A DNA stretch of 52,286 nt from a virus (lineage: Duplodnaviria > Caudoviricetes): the IMG/VR virus record IMGVR_UViG_3300030012_002942, positions 1 to 52,286 of that record. One strand, given 5' to 3'. The notes beneath the pieces were generated by a model. The model worked only from the letters and a program-made list of their open reading frames with translations. It made no database searches and was not told the DNA's origin. Shown here in pieces: positions 36,603 through 45,169 of the stretch (position 1 is the first letter of the stretch; each line of letters starts with the position of its first letter). Both the position numbers and the translations under genes were made by a program.

Positions 36603-37635
36603 AGAAGCAGTCACTTATGACGATATGCTGCTCGTACCTCAGTACAGTGACATTACGAGTCGATCAGAGGTGAATATCTCTAGTTGGCTTAATTCTAAGC
36701 ACTCTTTGGAGTTGCCAATCATCGCCTCGCCAATGGATACGGTGTCTGAGGTAGATATGAGCATTGCTATGGCTCAAGCAGGCGGGCTAGCTGTTATCCA
36801 TCGCTACAATACAATTCCTGAACAGGGAGCCCTGGTAAGTCAAGTAGCCAGCCACGTCAGTACGTCTTTGACTGCCGCTGCGATCGGCGTAACAGGCGAC
36901 TATCTTGAGAGGGCGACCACCGTTGTTTCGCTCGGTGCCAACGTTCTTTGTGTGGACGTAGCTCACGGTCATCACATTATGATGAAAAAAGCACTTGAAC
37001 AACTGCGGAAAGCTTTCGGGGAAGATATTTATATCATCGCAGGAAACGTCTGTACGTTGGAGGGTGTGAACGATGTCAGTGATTGGGGGGCTAATGCTGT
37101 ACGGTGCAATATTGGTGGCGGCTCCATTTGTTCTACTCGGATTGTCACAGGGCACGGTCTACCCGGTCTCCAAACGCTCTTCGACTGCGCCCGAACAGAC
37201 CGTGACGTCAAAATCATCGCAGACGGCGGCATCAAAACCTCGGGAGATATTGTTAAAGCTCTAGCTGCTGGAGCAGACTTTGTAATGTGCGGCTCGCTTT
37301 TAGCCGGCACCACCGAAAGCCCAGGTCAGATTATTACTCTTCCCGACGGCACCCGAATGAAAGAGTATCGAGGTATGGCATCAAAAGATGCTCAGATGGA
37401 TTGGAGAAACAAGTCATCAACTCCAGAGGGCGTTGCTTCATACATTCCCTATAAGGGCAGCGTAACTGACATTTTGCAAGATCTCCTAGGAGGTATCCAG
37501 AGCGGCTTATCTTACACTGGTGCTCGGACCATTGCAGGTCTCCAGCACAAAGCCGAGTGGGCAAGACAAACTTCAGCAGGCACTATTGAAAGTGGCACAC
37601 ATATTCTAACTTCTCAGAATGGACGGAAGAAATAA
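36592..37635 (+). CDS. IMP dehydrogenase / GMP reductase family protein without CBS domains
   Basis: YDD.LLVP, SPMDTV, DVAHGH, AGNV, IGGGSICSTR, IADGGI...GD..KALAAGA, YRGMAS, PEG. Confidence 0.92.
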   Translation: MKFKEAVTYDDMLLVPQYSDITSRSEVNISSWLNSKHSLELPIIASPMDTVSEVDMSIAMAQAGGLAVIHRYNTIPEQGALVSQVASHVSTSLTAAAIGVTGDYLERATTVVSLGANVLCVDVAHGHHIMMKKALEQLRKAFGEDIYIIAGNVCTLEGVNDVSDWGANAVRCNIGGGSICSTRIVTGHGLPGLQTLFDCARTDRDVKIIADGGIKTSGDIVKALAAGADFVMCGSLLAGTTESPGQIITLPDGTRMKEYRGMASKDAQMDWRNKSSTPEGVASYIPYKGSVTDILQDLLGGIQSGLSYTGARTIAGLQHKAEWARQTSAGTIESGTHILTSQNGRKK

Positions 37636-37965
37636 ATGTTTTATCGTAAAGACTCTAGGCAACAACAAGACGAAATAAATAGAAACCCCTCACCAGAGGA
37701 GGTTCAATACGGAGCCAGTCCTAAGTGTTTTGAAGTTCATGAAAAGTGGCAAGTTGGCTGCGATCAAAAAGCCTGTCGAAATTGGATGGACTTTGGAGAA
37801 GATCTGAACTGTGCTGTGGTCTGCGCCAGGAAGCATGATGGCGGACTAAGCCTCCGTGAGGTTGCCGAACGAATGGGGGTTAGTTTCCCACGAATTAGTC
37901 AGATAGAGCACGCCGCATATAAGAAGATGGATGATATGGGTGTTTTCAAAGATTTTGATCAATAA
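37636..37965 (+). CDS. Small Cys-rich protein with sigma70 region-4-like HTH
   Basis: C...C...C..W....DLNC..C, then GLSLREVAERMGVSFPRISQIE. Confidence 0.75.
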   Translation: MFYRKDSRQQQDEINRNPSPEEVQYGASPKCFEVHEKWQVGCDQKACRNWMDFGEDLNCAVVCARKHDGGLSLREVAERMGVSFPRISQIEHAAYKKMDDMGVFKDFDQ

Positions 37966-37989
37966 ACGGGTTTTTTATATAATCAGGAC

Positions 37990-37996
37990 CTATTTA
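37990..37996 (+). promoter_or_regulatory. Putative late-promoter motif CTATTTA
   Basis: ACCTATTTATA, identical at 40443. Confidence 0.6.
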
Positions 37997-38043
37997 TATT
38001 TGATTGCCTTTGGTGGGCAAAGTATTCTAGGAGATATACTATA

Positions 38044-38631
38044 ATGAAGAAAGAGAATAATAGCCTCATTAATGAAAATGTTGTTCGCCGCTGGGGCAAG
38101 CTAGCCAACATGGCTAAGTTGACCGAAAACTATCTTGATTCTACTGTTGAAGAAGCAGCACACGAAGAAGAAGAGATGGAAGTCGAAATGCCTGAAGCTG
38201 CTGCCGAAATGGACGCTGAAATGGACGCTGAAATGGCAGACGACGCTGAGGAAATGGAAATGGACGCCGAAATGGATATGGGCGAAGAACCATCTCTAGA
38301 CCTTGATGAAGAAGAAATCGAGCAAGTAGCTCAAATGTTCTTCGACACCTTGGCAAAGGCTACTGGCAAAGAGATCGATACCGAAATCACTTCTGATGAA
38401 GAAGAGATGGCTATGGACGACGAACCAGCTATGGACGACGAGCCAGCTATGGAAGATGAGCCAGCTATGTACGATGATCCCGCCATGTACGACGACAAGC
38501 CAGCTAATCGTGAAGACGAAGAGACGGTCGCTGAAGATGCTGAGGTTGAATTGGACGTTGTAGACGACGAATCTCTCACCGAGGCTGTTTTGGCTCGTGT
38601 CATCGAAAGACTACTAAAGACCGATAAGTAA
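38044..38631 (+). CDS. Highly acidic low-complexity protein, probable internal head/scaffold protein
   Basis: LINE..VRRW.KLA leader, Glu/Asp/Met-rich body, C-terminal LTEAVLARVIERL. Confidence 0.7.
   Translation: MKKENNSLINENVVRRWGKLANMAKLTENYLDSTVEEAAHEEEEMEVEMPEAAAEMDAEMDAEMADDAEEMEMDAEMDMGEEPSLDLDEEEIEQVAQMFFDTLAKATGKEIDTEITSDEEEMAMDDEPAMDDEPAMEDEPAMYDDPAMYDDKPANREDEETVAEDAEVELDVVDDESLTEAVLARVIERLLKTDK
38410..38499 (+). repeat. Five degenerate 18-bp tandem repeats (AMDDEP)
   Basis: GCTATGGACGACGAACCA and variants x5. A 12-bp GAAATGGACGCT repeat is at 38206-38229. Confidence 0.9.
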
Positions 38632-38641
38632 AGGGCACAAT

Positions 38642-39475
38642 ATGTCCATCACTAAAAGAAACGATCTTCAACACATTGTGTCGGAGGTCGTTTCTCATAT
38701 TAACGACGAGAATAGGTCTTGGCTACTCGAATCCCCACAGCCTTTGGTTGAGGGTGTTTACGACCCAGGCATACTAAAGGCTGTTTTTACTGCTGGTGGA
38801 CCTGGGAGCGGAAAATCTTATACTGCTGATGTTATCTTCGGCGTTAGAGATAAAGGCGGTGACAAGCTCTTCAAAAAAGCTTCGTTTGTTGCCGATACAG
38901 GGCTCAAGTATGTCAACTCAGATATGCTATTCGAAAAGGGTCTTACTGCCGCTGGTATTAATCCAAAACTTCTTGGTCAAATCGCAGAAGAAGAGCCAGA
39001 TCTTTGGGCGTTTATTCAGGACCCTACAGATCCAGAATCTATCAGAAGCGTAGCAAAGCAAAAGCTTTCTAAGATTAGGGGCTTTTATGAGTCTGGTCGT
39101 TTAGGCATGCTCATTGATGGCACTGGCAAGAACTACCTCAAGGTAGATAGAGACAAGAGAAAATTAGAAGAACTAGGGTATGATACATACATGCTATTTG
39201 TTGACACTGCTCTTCCTGTTGCTATTGACCGAGACAAAACCCGTGATCGTAGTCTTGGGGCTAGAAAAGTTACTGAGTTGTGGGAACAGGTACAAAGAAA
39301 TAAGGACCGTTTGGCAGAGCTATTTTCTCCAAACTTTGACATTATTAATAACGATGAGTTTGGTCCGCCACCTAAAGAGATTTCTCGTGCAATCAATAAT
39401 TTTGTCACCGAACCAGTTCAAAACCCATTGGGTCAGGTTTGGATCTCTAACGAAATGAAAAAGAGATCAGAATAA
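38642..39475 (+). CDS. P-loop kinase (AAA_33 / zeta-toxin-like) with N-terminal leader
   Basis: KAVFTAGGPGSGKS, VNSD, IDGTG, GY...M.FV.T....A..R...R.R. Confidence 0.8.
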   Translation: MSITKRNDLQHIVSEVVSHINDENRSWLLESPQPLVEGVYDPGILKAVFTAGGPGSGKSYTADVIFGVRDKGGDKLFKKASFVADTGLKYVNSDMLFEKGLTAAGINPKLLGQIAEEEPDLWAFIQDPTDPESIRSVAKQKLSKIRGFYESGRLGMLIDGTGKNYLKVDRDKRKLEELGYDTYMLFVDTALPVAIDRDKTRDRSLGARKVTELWEQVQRNKDRLAELFSPNFDIINNDEFGPPPKEISRAINNFVTEPVQNPLGQVWISNEMKKRSE

Positions 39476-39488
39476 GAAAGATGTTATC

Positions 39489-39848
39489 ATGGACAATGTC
39501 CTAAAGCTTTTGTTAAAAGAAGGCTTCGTCAGTTTTCAAAATGATAATCTTATCAACGCTGAGCGTGCCTTCTTCGGCGCTAGAGCTATTCATTGGATTC
39601 GACAGAACTCAGCCAAGCCAGGTTTTAATCTTAATGCCTATTTAGTAGCGTTAACATATTATAAGCTTGGCTTAGCTGATATGAAAATAGAAGATGATGA
39701 ACTTCTCTATCGCTACACCGGCGCAAATCTTGGAGGACTAGCCGATGAACTTTCTGAAGATGATACTGGAACTGATAATGGCTTCCACATCCCAGGTAAC
39801 GAAGCGCAAGCCAAAGAAGAAGTTGACAGAGATAATCACGAGCAATAA
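39489..39848 (+). CDS. Hypothetical protein
   Basis: 119-aa ORF in operon context. Confidence 0.6.
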   Translation: MDNVLKLLLKEGFVSFQNDNLINAERAFFGARAIHWIRQNSAKPGFNLNAYLVALTYYKLGLADMKIEDDELLYRYTGANLGGLADELSEDDTGTDNGFHIPGNEAQAKEEVDRDNHEQ

Positions 39849-40443
39849 TATAAAGACCGTGATGACCAAGAAAGGTTATACCTTTTTTGACGGCAACAAA
39901 AAGTTAAATATAAACATTATAGGCGTTAGAAGAGATAACGCTGGTACAAACGAGTTTGATGACTTTATTGTAGTACTGTACAAAGATGAGAACCTAAAAG
40001 AAGTCACAAAGGTATACCCAGCGACTACGGACCCAGGGGAGTATTGGCTGAAGAATCCAATCAACACCAAAGGGACAGCGATTCTAGTCCCAGGTCAATA
40101 CAAAGGCACTTGGAAAATAGGCAAGCATCAAAACAAGTACGAAGCTCTTGTCCAGAGAAAAGAAGTTAGTGTCTGGCGAGACAACAATAAGGACGAAATC
40201 ATTGACTATGAAAGCCTTGAGTCTATAATGAAAGGATTCTTTGGCATCAATATACACAGAAGCAATCCATACGACAAATCATATCTTGTAAACAAATGGA
40301 GCGCCGGCTGTCAGGTATTTCAGTCGGTAAATGATTTCAATGAATTTATGAGTTTATGTAAAAAATCAGCAAACCTATACGGAAACTCATTTTCGTATAC
40401 ACTATTAACCGAGCAAGATTTAAGGGAACACTTAAAAGAGTAA
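39823..40443 (+). CDS. Putative peptidoglycan-acting enzyme with L,D-transpeptidase-like His/Cys motif (start uncertain, 39745-39862)
   Basis: NIIGVR..FDD, TTDPG, L.PGQY, GINIH(x12)WSAGCQV. Confidence 0.6.
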   Translation: MTEIITSNNIKTVMTKKGYTFFDGNKKLNINIIGVRRDNAGTNEFDDFIVVLYKDENLKEVTKVYPATTDPGEYWLKNPINTKGTAILVPGQYKGTWKIGKHQNKYEALVQRKEVSVWRDNNKDEIIDYESLESIMKGFFGINIHRSNPYDKSYLVNKWSAGCQVFQSVNDFNEFMSLCKKSANLYGNSFSYTLLTEQDLREHLKE

Positions 40444-40444
40444 C

Positions 40445-40451
40445 CTATTTA
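40445..40451 (+). promoter_or_regulatory. Putative late-promoter motif CTATTTA
   Basis: ACCTATTTATAGTTA. The same CTATTTATAGTTA is at 48735. Confidence 0.6.
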
Positions 40452-40483
40452 TAGTTAGTCTTGTACTAAAAGGAGAAAAAAGG

Positions 40484-41032
40484 ATGTCTAAATTTGAAAT
40501 TTCAAAAGCAAGGTTAACACAGATTATTAAAGAAGAGTATCAATCTTTGAACGAAGATAATGCTCTAACTCGTACTATTCACCGCTGGGCAGAAGAGGCT
40601 AAGTCAATTCCTCCTCACTTGACAGTCGCACGCATGGTCGATGCTGGTGATTTTGACGGTGCGTTAGAAATGCTCGAAGCTATGAAGGCTCAGGCAGAGT
40701 TCCAGGCAATGCAAAGCCCAGGAATGGAGCAGAGCCCAGGGATGGCAGAGCGTCTAACACCCGATCAGCTTGAGATCGATGAAGAGTTGCTTGCCAAGCA
40801 AAAGAAAGAAAACCTTGAAGAGGCTCACTGCACTCCTGGCACTCGTGATGACGAAGAAGAAGACGAGGGCAAAAGAAGCGTCGAGATGGGAGCAGATGAC
40901 AACCCAGAAGAGACCAAGATGGACCACCTTCCAGCTAAAGTGCTCAAAAAGATCGCAAAGAAAAAGAAACTTAAAAAAGAAGCTGTAGATTCTATTCGAG
41001 AACTTATCAAACAAGAACTAAAGAGCCTATAA
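40484..41032 (+). CDS. Charged hypothetical protein, probable internal head protein
   Basis: ISKARLTQIIKEE..SLNE leader, echoed at the C-terminus as IRELIKQEL. Confidence 0.7.
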   Translation: MSKFEISKARLTQIIKEEYQSLNEDNALTRTIHRWAEEAKSIPPHLTVARMVDAGDFDGALEMLEAMKAQAEFQAMQSPGMEQSPGMAERLTPDQLEIDEELLAKQKKENLEEAHCTPGTRDDEEEDEGKRSVEMGADDNPEETKMDHLPAKVLKKIAKKKKLKKEAVDSIRELIKQELKSL

Positions 41033-42336
41033 TGCAAGACAAACTAACCCCAGAGCAAGTTGAGATCCTCGTTGGGGATCCATCGATCAATAACGAGTTC
41101 TCCAAGAAGATTCAGGAACTCAATAGAAGACTAAAGAAAAACAATCTCGACTATAGCATGTGGGAAACAATGACAGATCGCCAGCAAGAAATATTTGCTG
41201 ATGATATGTTTTTAGATAGTGAGTGTGCGTGTAGCATGAGAAACTATGTTATGGGCGCAGTTGAAAGCTGTTGGTGCCCTGACGTTGTTGAAGAACTCCA
41301 TCATCATTCTCCTTGTTTGATGGGCAGAATTGAACAAATACAAAACGCACCAAGACAATACAACGAAGCAAAGAGTCCCAGTCTCAACTTCTTGGACAGT
41401 GTGATTGATACTGTCGCTGATCAGTTGATTACAGAGGGTCCTGCTAGTCAAAAGATACAAGACTATGAGCAGCAAGTAATAGATAGTCTCGCAGAAGCAG
41501 GGATCGTAGGAAGCATGTTAGTCGCAGATGCGAACAGCAACGGTCCAGATGCACAGTTTATTATTGATGGTCAGCCTTTTTGGCTAGAAGTTAAAGAAAA
41601 CACAAACGCCCAGATGGGGGATGGAAGTATAACATATTATCCAGGCAACCCAGATGGAGAGAGGTTCCAGCCTTCCGACTGGAAGAAGTTTGGAGATGAT
41701 GGCTGGGCTGTTACTAGTGCCGCACTAAGAGCAAAAGAAGAGGACATCTTGGCTTGGCTGACAGCCTTGATAGATCCTGCAAGACCCGCAAGTTCTAAGT
41801 GGCGTAATGAAGACGGCAGTTTCATTCCAGGTGTTCGAGCAATGGGAACATTCCAGACTACTTTTAGAGCCTATGAGGCTGCTCAGGCAGCAGGGCTACA
41901 AAACAAAGCCAGTGCTGGTTTTGGTCGCTTGCCTCCTGTTGTTGCCCCTCCATCCTACATTGATAAAATATATGCTGCTAAAAAGTCTCCCATCTATTAT
42001 ATTCAAATCGGCGGCAAGGGTCTTTATTATATGGATGGCAACCCTGCCAATTTGCCAGTCCCTCATTTTGATGGCGAGATCGGTGTCGAGCTTCGACCCC
42101 GACCCTCGGGCAGAACAAAGGTAAAGAACAAAGAGACAGGCGAAAAATCTTATAAATACTGGTCATCGCCCGAGGACCCAGAGGATAAAGTAATGCACTA
42201 TAGTGGCGCTTATATGGCATCAGCTAGGTTCAAATCACACGATATCGCCCCCAGTCCCTACTCATTTGATAATCCAGAAAGCATTAAGAAAATGCTAGAA
42301 CAAATGTCAGATTCTTTGGAAATTGATGACGAGTAG
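41032..42336 (+). CDS. PD-(D/E)xK nuclease-like protein with Cys/His-rich N-terminal region
   Basis: YEQ.V...GPDAQF......LEVK....AQMG, later YYIQIG.KGLY. Confidence 0.55.
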   Translation: MQDKLTPEQVEILVGDPSINNEFSKKIQELNRRLKKNNLDYSMWETMTDRQQEIFADDMFLDSECACSMRNYVMGAVESCWCPDVVEELHHHSPCLMGRIEQIQNAPRQYNEAKSPSLNFLDSVIDTVADQLITEGPASQKIQDYEQQVIDSLAEAGIVGSMLVADANSNGPDAQFIIDGQPFWLEVKENTNAQMGDGSITYYPGNPDGERFQPSDWKKFGDDGWAVTSAALRAKEEDILAWLTALIDPARPASSKWRNEDGSFIPGVRAMGTFQTTFRAYEAAQAAGLQNKASAGFGRLPPVVAPPSYIDKIYAAKKSPIYYIQIGGKGLYYMDGNPANLPVPHFDGEIGVELRPRPSGRTKVKNKETGEKSYKYWSSPEDPEDKVMHYSGAYMASARFKSHDIAPSPYSFDNPESIKKMLEQMSDSLEIDDE

Positions 42337-42339
42337 TCA

Positions 42340-42346
42340 CTATTTA
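42340..42346 (+). promoter_or_regulatory. Putative late-promoter motif CTATTTA
   Basis: Intergenic, upstream of the tail fibre. Confidence 0.55.
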
Positions 42347-42397
42347 AAAAGATAAAGGTTTCACTCCCACCTGTATTAAAAATGGAGAATAATAAAA

Positions 42398-45103
42398 ATG
42401 ATTGAAACTACTTTAGCAGAAGGCGTCAATAGGGTTACCCTAGGATTAAGTGCTCCTACAACTAACACACAAGGTATTGCCAATGAAAATACACTAAACG
42501 GTATTTTTCTTTACACTCGCCTCCCAGTTCGAATCTGGGGGATGAACTCATCTAACGTATGGTCTGAAGTCACAGCACTCACTGGTGAAGCTGGTTCTCG
42601 TATGAGAACAGTTATCCTAGATGATACAGAAGTGACAAGAGTATTTTACCAGTCTACTGGCGCTGACAATGTAGTTATTCGTCTTTTGCGCAGAAACTCT
42701 ATTCAGCAAGATACTCCTGGCGAAGTTGTCAGAGTGCCAGGTCCATCTGGCTCGGCTGGTCCTGCTGGTCCCGCCGGTCCTGCTGGTTCTCAAGGTCCTG
42801 TCGGTGCCCCATTCGAAATTGTTCAAACATATAACTCTTTAGCTGAGCTTATTGGTGGCAGTATTCCAGACGGTAAGTTCGCTATTGTAGGGGGAACTCT
42901 TCCTGTAACAGAGGAAGACTACGGAAAGCTCTACTTGCGTGATGATGATGAGTGGGTATATGTTACAGATATGTCTGTCCAAGGAACCCAAGGTGTTGCC
43001 GGCGCAACAGGCATTCAAGGTCCCGCCGGTCCCCAGGGTCCAGCCGGTCCCCAGGGTCCTGCTGGTGCTGACGGTTCAGCACAAGCTCTGAGCGTACCTA
43101 CTCACACTCATACAGGTAGTTTACAGATAGACATCCCAGGCGCAAATACCACTTGGAGTGTCAGCCCAACAAAATACTACAAGTCAGACTTTGACAACCT
43201 CAGTCCGTCCCAGCAGGATGATTATACTAACTCTGGAAATACTGGCAAGATAGCATCAATTTCAAACGCTCTTCCTTCTAATGTTCACAAGTCAAAGCTT
43301 AGCGTTGGTGGTCACGATTATGAAAACCCTAGCAACTCTAATGGCTACCACTCTACTTATGTTACTGATCCCAAAAGCGGTTGGGCTCCTCTGCATGAAT
43401 ATCTTGGCGAAGACGACCCACGTTTCGTAACAAGAATGAATGGCTACCAACCCGGTTTTGACAGTTGGCAATCTAACCTTAATCCCGGACAGAAGTCGGT
43501 ACCTAGGTTCTATACTTATGGTCCTATGGGCGGCGGTCCCGAGGGTGCTAAAATAGATGTTACTGGATCTATCATTTTAGATCCTCAGTCCAATATATTT
43601 ATTGGCTCTCCAACCGGTCCAGGGATGAGCAAGTACCCCGAGGAGTGGACCGCAGGAGATGATGATTGTCTTATTATTACTCGTAATATGTTTGTTAACA
43701 ACTCCAACGACACTTATTACCAATTTGGCGACCGCCGATCAGTCGTCGCTTTTGCAAGTTCATCATATATTCACTTTAAGGACTCTCAGGCTCACTTTGA
43801 CACCTTGGCTGGTGGTAAAATAACATACACAGAAGCATCGCCATTCGCAGGGCGGCCGGATGTAACGAAGACTTTGCTTGGCGAGGATTTTCATACTGGC
43901 AAGACAAAGTTTTTCTTGCCTGAGCTTACAGCGTTTGATAATGGCGGAGAAATTGAATGTAGGAACACTACTTTAGTTCGAGATATGATGGTTGATCCAG
44001 GGCTTACTGTTGACAAGCTTACAATCAAAAAGAATGTCTCAAACCCTCTTGGCTACAGTAACCTCGCCTGTCACGTCGATGCAGATTTTACAGGAAACAC
44101 TCATTTTTCGACTAAATACAATGGCAATACTGCCCCTGATCCAGATGAGGACTCCAGCGTTCTTTTCACTCATAAGTTAGGTGTTGGTCAAACCCCAACT
44201 CCAACTGCCCTTTTCCAATCTCATGTAGATATTACCCGCCTTCATCTTGGTAAGGGGATATCATACACTACAAACTCTGGTTATCTGAGGGGCATTGGTA
44301 GTACCCAACCAGCAGGCACTAACTCTCCTCTTATGATCCGCCAACCTGGTGTACACTTTGGTCACGGCATACTTGTTGAGTGTCCTTTTGCAGGGCAAAA
44401 CACCCAAGGGTGGGGAATTCGTGTTGATAGCACCAAAGAGCTAGTGTTCCAAGCATTCCAGCTTGATGGTAATGGCGACCTCGTAGACGGCACATACAAC
44501 AATGCAGGCTTTGGTCGAGGTTACTTAATCGACGGCACCGATGTGGGGCAGATTACATTTACGGGACAGCACAGATCTTTGCCAGATGTTGGCACTGTGT
44601 CTGATTTTGAAGATAAGGTTGGACTAATCGTAGTCTCGACAGGCAAGTATGGCTCGATGGGTCAAGAAGATATTAGCATTAATGATGCGATGCCTAAGGT
44701 AGCTTTATGTAGTCAGGCTAATGACAAGCGAGCTTACGGTGTTGTTTCGAATGTTGAGGACGCAGACAGTGACGAGAGAAGGTTTACTCTTGGTCTCTGG
44801 GGGTCAGCAATGGAAAAACCTGAAGGCGACGATCGTGTTATCATCAACTCCGTAGGGGAAGGTGCAATGTGGATTACAAACATCAATGGCAACATTGAGA
44901 ATGGTGACTACATCACATCCTCAGAGGTCCCAGGTTATGGCATGAAGCAGGATGATGACCTACTTCATAACTACACCGTAGCTAAGATCACTATGGATTG
45001 TGACTTTGACCTTGGTTCTTCAGAATATCAGTGTGAGGAGATCGAACACAATGGTCAGACATATAAGCGAGCATTTGTAGGTGTAACCTATCACTGCGGG
45101 TAA
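42398..45103 (+). CDS. Tail fibre/spike with collagen repeats and C-terminal intramolecular-chaperone-like domain
   Basis: Two Gly-X-Y tracts. C-terminal FTGQH...NSVGEG..W....G..ENGDYITSS...GYGMKQ.DD...NYTVAKI..DCDF...FVGVTYHCG. Confidence 0.8.
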   Translation: MIETTLAEGVNRVTLGLSAPTTNTQGIANENTLNGIFLYTRLPVRIWGMNSSNVWSEVTALTGEAGSRMRTVILDDTEVTRVFYQSTGADNVVIRLLRRNSIQQDTPGEVVRVPGPSGSAGPAGPAGPAGSQGPVGAPFEIVQTYNSLAELIGGSIPDGKFAIVGGTLPVTEEDYGKLYLRDDDEWVYVTDMSVQGTQGVAGATGIQGPAGPQGPAGPQGPAGADGSAQALSVPTHTHTGSLQIDIPGANTTWSVSPTKYYKSDFDNLSPSQQDDYTNSGNTGKIASISNALPSNVHKSKLSVGGHDYENPSNSNGYHSTYVTDPKSGWAPLHEYLGEDDPRFVTRMNGYQPGFDSWQSNLNPGQKSVPRFYTYGPMGGGPEGAKIDVTGSIILDPQSNIFIGSPTGPGMSKYPEEWTAGDDDCLIITRNMFVNNSNDTYYQFGDRRSVVAFASSSYIHFKDSQAHFDTLAGGKITYTEASPFAGRPDVTKTLLGEDFHTGKTKFFLPELTAFDNGGEIECRNTTLVRDMMVDPGLTVDKLTIKKNVSNPLGYSNLACHVDADFTGNTHFSTKYNGNTAPDPDEDSSVLFTHKLGVGQTPTPTALFQSHVDITRLHLGKGISYTTNSGYLRGIGSTQPAGTNSPLMIRQPGVHFGHGILVECPFAGQNTQGWGIRVDSTKELVFQAFQLDGNGDLVDGTYNNAGFGRGYLIDGTDVGQITFTGQHRSLPDVGTVSDFEDKVGLIVVSTGKYGSMGQEDISINDAMPKVALCSQANDKRAYGVVSNVEDADSDERRFTLGLWGSAMEKPEGDDRVIINSVGEGAMWITNINGNIENGDYITSSEVPGYGMKQDDDLLHNYTVAKITMDCDFDLGSSEYQCEEIEHNGQTYKRAFVGVTYHCG
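42740..43081 (+). repeat. Collagen-like (Gly-X-Y)n tracts
   Basis: GPSGSAGPAGPAGPAGSQGPVG (about 42740-42811) and GTQGVAGATGIQGPAGPQGPAGPQGPAGADG (about 42983-43081). Confidence 0.9.
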
Positions 45104-45109
45104 TAAAAG

Positions 45110-45138
45110 TAAACAAACAACTTTTTTACCTATATAAT
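45110..45138 (+). promoter_or_regulatory. Putative sigma70-type promoter (TAAACA-17-TATAAT)
   Basis: Perfect -10, intergenic, upstream of the mom-like gene and groEL. Confidence 0.5.
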
Positions 45139-45169
45139 GTGTCTGATTGTTAGAAGAAAGTGAGGGCTT

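Noticed and set aside
38206-38499. Tandem repeats as a CRISPR array
   Set aside because: In-frame coding repeats with no spacers. No cas genes in the window.
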